The position numbers were made by a program, and so were the translations under genes. The notes under the pieces were generated by a model that worked only from the letters and a program-made list of their open reading frames with translations, was not told where the DNA came from and made no database searches. Positions 52,766 through 64,000 of a DNA stretch of 64,000 bases are shown piece after piece (within the stretch, counting starts at the first letter, position 1; each line of letters opens with the position of its first letter). Origin of the DNA: Camelus ferus (lineage: Eukaryota); NCBI RefSeq assembly GCF_009834535.1, contig NC_045696.1:55492001-55556000 (forward strand), written 5' to 3'.

Positions 52766-53228
52766 TGTGAAAGGTTCTGAACACAGCAAAGCTACCTGTT
52801 ATCCAAGTGAACAAATGCATAGAGAACTGGAGGGCTTACTCTCTCTTTCCCCCATGAGAAACTCCACCATGGAACACAGCTTTGGCATGTAGCAGATTAG
52901 ATACATAGATGGATAGCAGGGCAGCAGTGCCCAGCAGAGCAGCATCCTCAGAAAAAGCTCTTTACTGAGGAAAAGTGCCCTTTTTGTGGTTTGTTGTCAG
53001 GGGGCTTATACAAGAGTGGAAGAACAAGGACAATTATTCATGAGCACATGTGAAACATCAGAATCACGGAGGTTCCTTGAAATAACAGGGGAAATGTTTG
53101 AGAGGAAGATAAGGTCCTGCAAGAGCAGAAGGCCCTAAGGGGCAGGCTGGGCACACATGTTCCACGGCCACGGTCATGCTCACAGCTTGGTGAAGCCTTG
53201 GCTGTTCGGGGTCCATGTGTACGAGACA
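52766..53228 (-). mobile_element. Solo LTR (MER54/73/74-group ERVL-like)
   Basis: Minus strand TGTCTC...TGTATAAGCCC (TATA-like)...CAGTAAAG (polyA-like)...GTTCAGAACCTTTCACA. Confidence 0.5.
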
Positions 53229-53255
53229 GAAAATATTCCCACTAAGAAATAAACT

Positions 53256-53519
53256 ATTTGAAGGGGTTGGGAAGGAATAAATTGGGAGTTTGAGATTTGC
53301 AGATACTAACTACTGCATATAAAATAGATAAACAAGTTTATACTGTATAGCACAGCGAACTACATTCAATATCTTATTGTACTTTATGGTTAAAAAGAAT
53401 ATGAAAACAAATATATATATGTTCCTATATGACTGAAATATTGTGCTGTCCACCAGAAATTGACACAACATTGAAAACTGACCAAACGTCAATAAAAATG
53501 TATTTTAAAAAAAGAAATA
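53256..53519 (+). mobile_element. Young 5'-truncated L1 3'-end insertion
   Basis: L1 3'UTR with a perfect 12-bp TSD aagaaataaact (53244-53255; 53520-53531). Confidence 0.9.
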
Positions 53520-53859
53520 AAGAAATAAACTCTTTAAAGAAATAGTGATGTATCTTGTTTGAGTTATCATAGAAGTTATAATCTTCATATTATTTGTGAT
53601 CGCTGCTTTTGACGAATGTGATCCTGCCATGGTTAAAAGGGTAAGGTAAGACAACGAGATCCAGGAGGGTTCAGAAATGAGGACATTCAATTGACTGAGG
53701 GGATATGGTATATGTTCTGCCTATTTTACTTGTGGAATATTGTATATCATGAAAATTATAACCCAATAATTTGATATAACTATCAGTGAACAACTAGAGA
53801 CATTGATTTATTTCATTTACTGTTGAAAGTTGAGGAATTTGAGCTTTATTTCTAGGGAA

Positions 53860-56083
53860 TGTTATTTCTGGTATCTCCTCTCATCTCCCAGAATCTCAAA
53901 ACTTATAGGATCAGTTACAATAAATCATCACAGCCAGTACAGTAACTGCCTTCTTTGTCTGTTGATACAGAGGCATGAAGAACCCAAAGTGGCCAAGTGA
54001 ATATCTCAGCTTCAAGTTCAATGGAATAATTGTTGTGTTCCCCTGATGGAAGCATTCCTCTCTTTGGAATGGAGGCTTCTAGATCAGTGGAGCCTTAAAG
54101 ATGTCAGGACAGGAAGCAAAAATTTTGTTTGTGTGACATTAGAAGACATAGTGAGAGGAAGCAGTGCCATTTTAACTCCTTGATTCTTGGGTCATGAATT
54201 TTGGCTAGGAGAGAAACAGTACCATATATTGTACACTGGATTTAGCACATATACTGCATCCTAGAGGACCCTGCCTCAGTTCTGCAAAGTACCACAGCTG
54301 GTGATTCAGAAAGTCATCCTACCAGTACATCAAGCCAGCTTCTTTGAAATGACGGAGAACGTGATAAGACCAGTGAATTCCATGACCAAGGATTCACTGC
54401 TGTGCTTCATTTATTGTGTGATTACTTCCTTGATCAGACGTGGTGCTCTGTGGAATACCATGACAGTGAATAAGGCATTCTGTAAATCCATGTCTGTTAG
54501 TTCTGGCAGAAGACTGTGTACAAGGAAGGAAAATTCATATCAAGAATAAGGACATGTTTCATTAAGAACAAAGTACTACCCTTTCCATGATGATAGTTGT
54601 CCAGTATAATCAACCTGCCACCAGGTAATCAGCTGATCACTCAAATGGTCCCATAATAGGGGCTCACTGTTGGGCTCTGCTTCTGGCAATTTGGGCACTG
54701 AACAGTGGCCATAGCCTGGCTGGCCTTCATGAGTGGTGGTCCATTTTGCTGAGCCCATGCATAACCTCCATCCCTTCCACCAAGGTCACTTTGTTATGAG
54801 CCCACTGGACAATGACCAGAGTGGCTGGGGAGAAAAGGCTGACTGGTATCCACAGAACAGGTTACCCTATCCACTCGATCACTAAAATACACTTCTGCTG
54901 AGGCCACCCTTTAGTGAGAATTCACATGGTACACAAATGCCTTTACATTTTTCACTCATTCAAAGAGGTCTATTGACATATTTCTTCCTCAGACTCCTTT
55001 GTCACTTTTCTAACCATGTTCCTTCTAAGTCCCTGACCATCCAGCCAAACCATTAGTGATAGCCAGTGGTACACAATCACACATCTGGCCATTTCTCCCT
55101 TTCTTCCAAGCAGAATAAACAACCAGGTGCACTACTCAAAGTACAACCTGCTGGGAGGATCTCCCTTCACCACTTTCTTTCAGGGATGTTCCAGAGTGGG
55201 GCAGCAATGCTGCAACTGCCTACTTTTTATAGGTGCCTGCATATCATACAGAAACATCTGCAAACCCGGCTTGAATTTTTTCTTGCTCAGTTAACTGGTC
55301 ATAGAGAACTCCCCATGAAGCTGTGAGTACAAGTTAGAGAGAGACAGAAGGTACCATACAGCAGGAGTAGGGGCCATAGACATTTGGACCACTTCCTCGT
55401 GCAGTTTACTTGTGCCTGCAGGACATGCCTTATACGTGCTGGGCTCAAGCCCCGTCTCACATATACCACTAACCTTCTTAGGTAGGAGTGGAAAGGCTGT
55501 TTCTACTAACAATGAAGCCTCTATTTCATTTAGGCGCCCAGCTTCCCCCACATTCCTTGGAATCTACTCATATGTTCTTGATATCATTCCATCTAAATAA
55601 AGACTCTAACTTTAATAAAATAGATCCTGCCAAGGTAGGAATTCAATTTGTGTCATAATTCAGCTTCTTGCAAGGTGAAACTCTGGGTTTGGTTTTCAGA
55701 AATCTTGGCCTTCTAACTAAAGGCGATAAAGATTTTTTCAAGAAAATTATAGAAGCTTTCAGGTCATTAAGTTGGGAATTTGAAGCCCTGAGCTCCTCAT
55801 TTTCTGTCCCTACTTTTCCCAGTGCAATGAAAAACAACCAGTCAATCCCATTATATCACTGTTTTGACTAAAACGTTCTAGGGTTGCTAACACTTGGTGA
55901 CCTAGAGCCTTGCCTTCTGTATGTAGTTGATTATGGACATCCACATGTGATAATCTTATTAACACTTTTGTCCCTTCATGCCACTGGAAGTAGGGTCATC
56001 AGTGTTTTTAAATCTAATCAGAGAATCAATTCCAGAAAACTCAACACCAATTCGGAGAACTCACCTTTAGATTCAGTTCCTCT
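53860..56083 (-). mobile_element. ERVL endogenous retrovirus internal region (decayed gag/pol-integrase)
   Basis: ORF 54576..54758 ends DQLITWWQVDYTGQLSSWKG, matching the ERV-L integrase motif QPATWWQVDYIGPLPSWKG. SKLHEEVVQM (ORF 55291..55551) is also ERVL pol-like. Confidence 0.85.
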
Positions 56084-56084
56084 G

Positions 56085-56705
56085 CCGTCCTACACTGTTG
56101 GTGGGGATGTAAATTGGTGCAGTCACTATGAAAAACAGTATGGAGGTTCCTTAAAAAAACTAAAAATAGAGTTGCCATATGATCCAGAAATCCCAATCCT
56201 GGGCATATATCCACAGAAAAGTCTAATTTGAAAAGATACATGCACTCCAATGTTCATATCAGCACTATTTACAATAGCCAAGACACGGAAGCAACCTAAA
56301 TGTCCATTGACAGATGATTGAATAAAGAAGTTGTGGTATATTTATACAATGGAATACTATTCAGCCATAAAAAATAAAATAATGCCATTTGTAACAATGT
56401 GGGTAGATCTAGAGATTATCATACTAAATGAAGTAAGTCAGAAAGAGAAAGAAAAGTACCATATGATATAACTTATATGTGGACTCTAAAATATGAGACA
56501 AGTGAACTTACTTACGAAACAGAAACAGACTCACAGACATAGAAAACAAACTTACCGTTATCAAAGGGGAAAGGGATTGGGGGAGGGATAAATTAGAAGT
56601 TTGGAATTAGCAGATACTAACTACTATATATAAAATAGATAAACAACAAGGTCCTACAGTATAGCACAGGGAACTACACTCAATACCCTGTAATAAACCA
56701 CAATT
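56085..56705 (+). mobile_element. Young L1 ORF2 end and partial 3'UTR (no A-tail)
   Basis: YTVGGDVNWCSHYEKQYGGSLKKLKIELPYDPEIPILGIYP; 3'UTR stops at ...ctgtaataaaccacaat. Confidence 0.88.
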
Positions 56706-56814
56706 ACAGTGTCACGAACATGAAGAGAGGCAGGGCATTACGGAAAGGAGGTAGCAGTGTGAGCTGAGCCTCAAGGAGTAAGTTCCCCAGACAGGTGGAT
56801 TCAGATTCAAATCA

Positions 56815-57035
56815 ACATTCAGTGGGAGGCTTGCGACTCTGTGCCAGGCACCATATTGGATGGTTCTATCCATACAATTTACTCCTCACCACAACTTAGG
56901 AAGAAGAATTATGTTCACTGTACAAAGATGAAGTGACAGGTACAAAGGACGCAATTCAGACTTGTAGAAATAATGGAGAATTGATACAAGTCGGTCTGAC
57001 TATAAATTCAGTCCTCTTTCCACGCTCCCATTCTA
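56815..57035 (-). mobile_element. MIR SINE
   Basis: ctctgtgccaggcacc...tttactcctcaccacaac...ggtctgacttataaattcagtcctctttccac. Confidence 0.6.
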
Positions 57036-58495
57036 TGTATCATAATATGAAGTGGTTAAAACATTTAGTCTGAAAGCAGCCTATTAAAATAAACCACTTA
57101 CATAGCAGATGCAGAAGTACCAGCCGTACTGCCCTATATTTATCTACTGCACAAGCGTTTAACATCATCCGGAGCCTGACTCTCAAAGCTACTAGGCAAC
57201 TTTGTATATTTTGAGAAATTATGCAGGATTCAGAGATATTTCCATATCTGGCCCTGTCAAAGCAACTAGTGCCAATGCATTCTGTTCTCTGTCACCAATG
57301 GAACCAAGGAAAACTGCGTAAGTATAAGAGGATCTGATCTGCTTTAATCCGGTTACACTAGCCAGCCATATAAGGAAACTGATAGCAAAATAGATGTCCA
57401 TACTTCTCAGCAAGGCTTAGTTTACATAATCAGAAGTCCCTGAGGTGATCATGTGGGAGCTGCTACCTGCTGATGGCCACCGTCTCAAAGGAAACATAAA
57501 GAAAACGTGGATAGGAACACTGACCGACGTTCATGGCCAGCACAATGCCACAGTCTAATGAGAGAGCAGGTTAAGACGGAGGCCACGGACCAACCCTTAT
57601 CTGAAAAATCACACTCACATAGCAAAAGTTTTATTAGAAATCCAGAGCATCAAATTCAACTCCATAAACTGAGTGGTTCACCCCCGATCAAAAGTTCAAA
57701 ACTAAGAATACAACACGTATAAACCATTTGCCGTGGACTAACGTGTCACTTCCATTGATCTGGCTTCCCCGCATTAAAGAGTAACGAAAGTTGTTGAAGT
57801 TTTCCTAATTTAGAGAAGCAGTTGGTGTCCCCCAAGAAAACCTTCTGGTATGAATTTGAACTGAGGTGGCTGAAGAGACTCATTCTTGTTCACAGAAAAA
57901 CTCACAGTACAGGATTCTGGGGCATGTGCGGGGCTCAGGGCCAACGAGAGTCACTCTGTGGGTCTGAGGTCATCATCACAACCTTTCAGAGTCCTCTGTA
58001 TGGGGACCTGTTCTGGGCCCAGAAGATGTGGGAAAGGATGAAGCTAATACCTTGTCCAGCCCAAAGATTCTAGAGAATTTTTAAGAGCCCCAAACGCCGG
58101 CCTATCAGAATGGAACCTAACCTCAGTAATGCAGGCTGTCACAAGGCACACAAAGTACCCCCTTCCCTGGCCTTCCTGGGCCACCACGCCACAAAGAAAT
58201 GCAATAAGTGATACACCTAACAGTGCTTGTTTCAATCTGTCAGGCAGTAAAAGCTAAACCAAAACGGTAAAGGGAACCTAGTCAGGCACTTTTCTCAGTG
58301 CTTCTCATATTGCATTGAATCGTCCCAATTTTGAGGCATATATAGTATTTTCATATTAGACAGAACCATCAGTCACTCTCACACTCCACTTTTGAGAAGC
58401 TATGACTCAGTTTGGGAAACTTAGGTTTTACACTAAATCCCTTCCCCATGTCCCCCAGTAAGCATGCTAGAGTCACCACGAATCAGAAAATATAA

Positions 58496-60065
58496 TTTAA
58501 AAAAAACAGCTTTATTGAGACATAGAATTATCATATCATTTGCCCATCTGAAGTGTACAGTTCAGGTATTTGGTATAGTCCCAGAGCTGTACAACCATCG
58601 CCATGATAAATTTTAGAGCATTTCCATCACCCTGAAGGAAGCCCCATATTCATTAGCAGTCATTCCCCATTTCCCACCTCCTTCCCATCCTTAGACAACC
58701 TCTGATCTACTACCTAATAGACTTCTCAAGGTTCATCCATGTTGTAATATGTACCAGAACTTCATTCCTTTTATGGAATTATTGCATGGATATATCATAT
58801 TTTGCTTATCCAACCATAAATTGATGAACAGGTGAGCTGTTTCCACTTTGGGCTGTTAGGAATAATGCTACTGTGAACATTCATGTACCTCTTTTGTGTG
58901 GACATGTATTTTCATTTCTTTTTGGTATATACCAAAGTCTAGTTTAGTAGTCTCCTTGCCAGGTCCCATAGCAAGTCTGTGTTTGACCTTCTGAGGAACG
59001 GGCAGACTTTCTAAAGTGGCTCTATCATTCTACATTCCCCCAGAAGTGTCTGAAGGTTCGGACTTCTCCACGTCCTAACCAACACTCACCATAATCTCTC
59101 TTTGATGGTAGCTGTCCCAGTAGACAGGAAGTGGTACCTCATGTGGGTTTGACTTGTGTTGCCCTGATTCCTGATGATGCTGAGCATCTTTTCATGTGCT
59201 TACTTGGCTATTTGTGCACCCTCCTTGGAGAAGTGTGCATTCAAGTCCTTCGCCTGTTTTTAAACTGGATTGTTTGTCTTTTTGAGACATTTTGTCTCAC
59301 TGAGTTGCAGGAGTCCCTTTTTATATTCTGGATATTAGTCCCTTATCAGATAAAATATTTGCAACTATGTTTCCCATTCTGTAGGTTGTCTTTTCACTCT
59401 TTTATTTTGCTGTAGTCCAGTTTATCTGCTTTTTCTTTCATCACCTGTATATTTAAGAAACCACCCCCTAATCCAAAATCATGAAGAGTTAGACCTACTT
59501 TTCTGAGTTTTATAGTTTTAGATTTTATATTTATTTCTTTAATCTATTTTGAGTTAATTTTGGTATTGGTGTGAGTTAAGGGTCCAACTTCATCCTTTGG
59601 CATGTGGACATCCAGTTGTTGCAGCACCGCTTGTTGAGAAGACAATTCTTTTCCCATTGAATGTTCTGACATCTCCATCAAAAATAAATTGACCTTAGAT
59701 GTATGGATTTATTTCTGAAGTCTTAATTATATTTCACCTAATAATGTAGATCTGTTCTCATGCCAGAACCACACTGTCTTGATTCCTGTAGCTTTTTCTA
59801 AGTTTTGAAATCAGGAAGTGTGACTCTTCCAACTTTGTTTGCAAGATGGTTTTAGCTGTCCTGAAACTCTGGGATTTCTATATGAATTTTAGAATAACCT
59901 TGGCAATTTAAAAAAAAAAAAAAGACCAGCTGGAATTTTGAAAGGGATTGACCTGAGTCTTCAAGTCAATTGAAGAGGAGTATCGTCGTCATAATAATAT
60001 TAAGTTTTTTGATCTAACAACATGAGAGGTACTTCCATTTATTTAGATCTGCTTTAATTTCTTCA
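58496..60065 (-). mobile_element. Old L1 (L1MB-like): 3'UTR and ORF2 3' part
   Basis: cagctttattgagacatag (reverse polyA signal), then antisense ORF2 (gctgagcatcttttcatgtgctt; gcagcaccgcttgttgagaagac). Confidence 0.85.
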
Positions 60066-61989
60066 GGAAGGATAAATCTTACACAGGAATCATAAATAAC
60101 AGAATCTAGGAGAACACACAGAAAGGAAAAGCTGTGTGAAAACTTTCCAGGTTCCATAAAGCTGGGCTATATTTAGTGTACGTGTGTTCCATGAGATTCC
60201 TTTTTTTCCTTGTACTAAATCTGCTATGCTTAATCTGGCTTGAATGGATTTCTGCTCCTTATAATCAAATGATCCTCAGCTGAGATATTATCTATTAAGA
60301 TTAATAAGACTTTGAAAACTTCAGAAAGTGTCTAAAAATCAGAGCACTCATAAATGGCAGAGTTGAGATCTGAACTCAGGTCCAGCTGACTCCAGAGTCC
60401 ATATTTTTCCTAAAATCATCCTTTATGTGTTCTTAGATGTAACTGTTTACCAATGTACCTTTAGGAGTTAGGCCAAATTGTAGACCTAATAAGTAACTAC
60501 TCATCAAATCACATGCCTCTCTTCTTGAGTAATTTTTCTTCGGTGGCATTTCTGATTTTACTTTGGCCGTCTAACTGTACCTTTTCTTGTCCTTCAGCTG
60601 TAACCTCTAAGAGTTTCCCTTTTATGGTTTTTCTATATGCTTAGTGGTTGAAGCTTTGATTCTTCACACTCTGAGGATTATGGGAGAAACCACTGCTTTA
60701 TTCTTGAATGTTATGCTTCTATTAATATATCCCAACATCATGGTGGCTTTTAATAATACCACAATTCTATGGTACCTCTTATCTTGCTACAAAAAAAATT
60801 ATGGACATTTGCAAACCACAGCTTTATACCAATCAGTATGACAGTGTGGAAAAAAGTACACACTCTCTACACAATTTCAGCAGACAGATTTTCTTCTCGT
60901 CTTTCTTAATAACAGTGGGAAGTCTTCTCCAGTAACAAATAACATTGAAGACACAAAGAGCAGGGAGGAGGGGCAGAAGCTGGAGATGGAATATTTTTAG
61001 TCATTTTGATTAAATTATGGAGATGTGAAGTTGATAATTCATTGAAGGGGAGCAGGGAAGTCTATGTAAATGTTTGCAGATGAATAATTAATGTGACTTT
61101 CCGACATCACTAGGCCTTTAATTAAAGCCACTGTGAAATAAGGCAAGAACCAAAGAGCACATGATTATAGCAGATAATTGTAACTTTCCCATCCTCAGTA
61201 CCATTTGAGAGTCCATGCTTAATTTGCATCTTTAAAGGAAGACAGACCCTACCTAGGGTGGCGGTTGTTTTTATAGCCCAGTGTAACTACTTCCCTGCAG
61301 ACCAAAAGGCTATTAATATATTAATGAATTTCCTCCTTCTAAAATTTTTACCCAGAAAGTTTGGGGTTTTATGTGTTAGTTTGGCTTTTTTAAATGTTGA
61401 ATTAATTTTCATTTTAAGGCAATAGATTGATGCCTCTCCACAACTTAGAAAGTAAAATGAACACCCTAATTTTTTTTTTTAAACATTAAGCATTTAATGT
61501 GTTGTCCCATCTGCTGTTTACAACATCTGACTGAACACCGGACTGCCCACAGAGCCATCCTCGTGTCTTTCCTGTCTTATTCTTTATTCTTTCTTGCTTA
61601 TTTTCATTCTCACAGGACTTTTTTCATCCGTTTCCATTTTGCTCATTTTTATTCTCCTTTTTCTGACTCTCCCACTTCTGTTTCCGTCTCTGTCCTTCCC
61701 ATCCGCCTCTGCTTCTCCACATGGTCTTTTCCTTTACTTCTTTCCCCTCTGCTATTTGCTGCTACTTGTTCTCCTGTGTTTTTTCCCCCTAGTCTGTCCC
61801 TCCGTGCTGCATTCTCAGTTAACACCAAGATGAATGCTGATTCCCCAAGGGCCGGGTGGTTTCCTGCCAGCACCAAAGGTGACACTCCTTTATTATGTAT
61901 GCTAAGTATGTACTAAATACATTTAAGAACTCTACCAAGCTGCACAATTCTTTCAAAAATCTATTCTCTGACATACACTGGGTTTGCAG

Positions 61990-62130
61990 TAGGAGTTCCA
62001 GTCCTGGTTGTTAACACATAAACTGTGCGCCCTTGAGCAAATCGCTTTACGTCAGGGAGTATCAGGTTGCTCATTTATAAAAGAAGAGCCATCTGGGCTG
62101 TCCAAACACCCTCTCAGTTTTGTGATGCTG
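61990..62130 (+). mobile_element. MIR fragment
   Basis: gagttccagtcctgg...actgtgcgcccttgagcaaatcgcttt. Confidence 0.5.
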
Positions 62131-62439
62131 CTCCTTATCCTATTGGAGGAAGGAATGAGGAGGATCCAGTTCTTAGTCCTTCGAGCAGCGTTTGCTTGTT
62201 GTACAAATAAATCTATGTCTGATGGAATGCTAGGCAGAAAGAAAAGACATTTGGGGGCAAGAAGCCTCCCCTTATAGCACTACTTCTTGGTCTATACCGC
62301 TAAGGCAAGCACTGCAAATGGAGATCAGGGAAGAAAAAGGAGAGAGTTTGAAGTCACAGTGCCCAGAACACCCAGGGGTGTGGGAATCTCCAGCAAGAGA
62401 AACTCTTAAGCCTGACTTCCTGCCTCCTCCCTGCTTCCT

Positions 62440-62679
62440 CCTGAGTTCCTCATGGAGAGTTCAGAGCAACATCCTGCTCACCAGGTGTCCTCACCTGGTA
62501 GCTGAGGCCAGAGGTCTCTCCTGGGCCCTCTTTTACAAAAGCACTGACCCCCTCGTGAGGGCTTCACCTTCATGACCTTATCATCTCCCGAAGGCCCCAC
62601 CTCCTAATGCCAGCAACTTGGATGCCTCTCAGAGGACTGGCACAGGAATTTTGCAAGGATATAAACATTCAGTCCATTG

Positions 62680-62681
<2 letters not shown>
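62440..62681 (-). mobile_element. MaLR LTR fragment (MLT1A/MST-like)
   Basis: Minus strand starts TGCAATGGACTGAATGTTTAT; includes gaaggccccacctcctaat. Confidence 0.7.

Positions 62682-62682
<1 letters not shown>

Positions 62683-62730
<48 letters not shown>
62683..62730. repeat. (AC)24 perfect microsatellite
   Basis: 48 bp of uninterrupted AC. Confidence 0.97.
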
Positions 62731-62733
<3 letters not shown>

Positions 62734-63294
62734 ATATCACAAAGATAACATTAAAATGTAAATAATGATTCACACACTGTCCTCCTGTTACATAGGAAAC
62801 TGAAGATCGCTAAGATCCCCAGCTCTGCCTGCACAGCTCAGCTATGTCACCTTCAGTCACAAGCACTGTGCCTTTCCGGATGCCTCCCAGGGATCCCACT
62901 GCGTCAGCTCCAAGTCCATGGATTGTGCTCGACCAGCTCACACTGCACTGTGGGTGACTCCCTGCAGAAGCTCTTCGTGTATCTGGTCTTCTTGGGCCTT
63001 TTTACACCAGACTGTTCAAATTACTCTGGTCGGCCCTACCTCATTAGGGAAAACTTCAGTCATTACATGACTTTATCCAACTACATTCTGAGACAAAACA
63101 TTATTGGCGAACACCAGGGACTTAACAATATCAATGTTCAAAGTCTTGTCTTCCACATTAATTTGAGGTTCAGTAGTGATTTGTTTCCTCCTCCCCCCGA
63201 AATTTTACTGGTTATTTTCATAGGGCTTCAATAGTCAGTGTCTAAATTCCTTCTCTCCATCAGAGGTTGTTTTTAGGAGTCTGACATCCTCTGA

Positions 63295-63450
63295 GGTGAG
63301 GACAGAGCCTTCACACCAGTAAACAAATACATCTGTGAGCTCCTTCCGTGTAGGGTCTACAGCACATCCGACTCTGTGTCTCCGGTACCTACTCATAGTG
63401 CCTGGCACAAACAATAGACCCAAGTAAGGGTTAACCTGAATTGAATATGT
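63295..63450 (+). mobile_element. L2 3' end
   Basis: ctgtgagctccttc...catagtgcctggcacaaac...tgaattgaat. Confidence 0.6.
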
Positions 63451-63629
63451 AAATAATTAATCATGATGAATAGAAAAACCAAGGGTATTTCTTCATCTTA
63501 GCTAATCAACAAGATTGCTTCCAAGGGAGAAATCAAATTAAGATCAGAAGATCACCCAGATACAATAAGGAAACGATCTTATAACATTTTAAGGGATATT
63601 TTCATAAAGCTGGAGCATCCTTGTAAAAT

Positions 63630-64000
63630 GCCTCAGGTATACGCATCAGGTATAGTTGGTAAGAATTTTAATGTGGATTAAAGGAAGATTAAGGCAGTGG
63701 CAGCATAATTTTTGCATTTTTCCAAATGCTCCCATGAAAACAGAGCAACTAGATAGCAAAGGCAAAAACCCAGGAACAACATTTCTTCAAAAACTAGATG
63801 ACAGGGTATGCTTACAAAACACAAATGGGTGTGCCGGTGAGCCACTAGCAGCCACAAAACTTGTATGGCGTTGGTGTCTGTTTCATAGGATGAACAAAGA
63901 TGGAATTAGGTGTCTTCCGAGGGTTTTGACAACAAAACCCCCGATTAGTTCAGATGCTCCAGGAAAGAAATGCTGGCACAGACTCAGGAGTACTAGGAAA
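63630..64000 (+). mobile_element. Probable old L1 5'-end region, running off the window
   Basis: aaaacagagcaactagatagcaaaggcaaaaacccaggaacaacattt resembles L1ME-type 5' ends. Confidence 0.4.

Noticed and set aside
61497..61916. 139-aa hydrophobic ORF
   Set aside because: A by-product of the C/T-rich low-complexity tract.
1..64000. CRISPR arrays, tRNA/rRNA/snRNA genes, prokaryotic-type systems, processed pseudogenes
   Set aside because: No regularly spaced repeat-spacer array, structured RNA gene or long host-protein homology was recognised; the DNA is mammalian intronic/intergenic. A covariance-model search was not possible.

Overview
Eukaryotic (mammalian) genomic DNA, AT-rich and repeat-dense, with one CpG island at ~35.1-36.2 kb. 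The island holds the first coding exon of IGSF11 (BT-IgSF) on the minus strand: ATG at 35516, signal peptide MTCRGSPLAPLLLLSLH-G, and a phase-1 GTGAGT donor after 35465. Positions 1-35464 are therefore intron 1; I found no downstream IGSF11 exon. Positions >36.2 kb are upstream sequence, possibly intronic to a distal-promoter isoform. The rest is interspersed repeats: old and young L1, L2, MIR, a near full-length Charlie1a-type hAT element, MER63, MaLR/ERVL LTRs, an ERVL internal region and a Gypsy-type LTR. Artiodactyl-type young L1 3' ends, with no recognisable Alu/B1/PRE-1/Bov-tA/CHR-2/SINEC SINEs, suggest a camelid (inference). Almost all tracked ORFs are spurious or repeat remnants. I found no convincing novel biological system. 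The best leads are a TSD-flanked L1-mediated chimeric insertion (41661-41932), a strong CTCF site (46250-46268), a candidate alternative upstream IGSF11 exon (51768-51894) and RFX/MYB-like motifs in the promoter. Repeat family names come from recalled consensus sequences, and boundaries are approximate unless a TSD is given.
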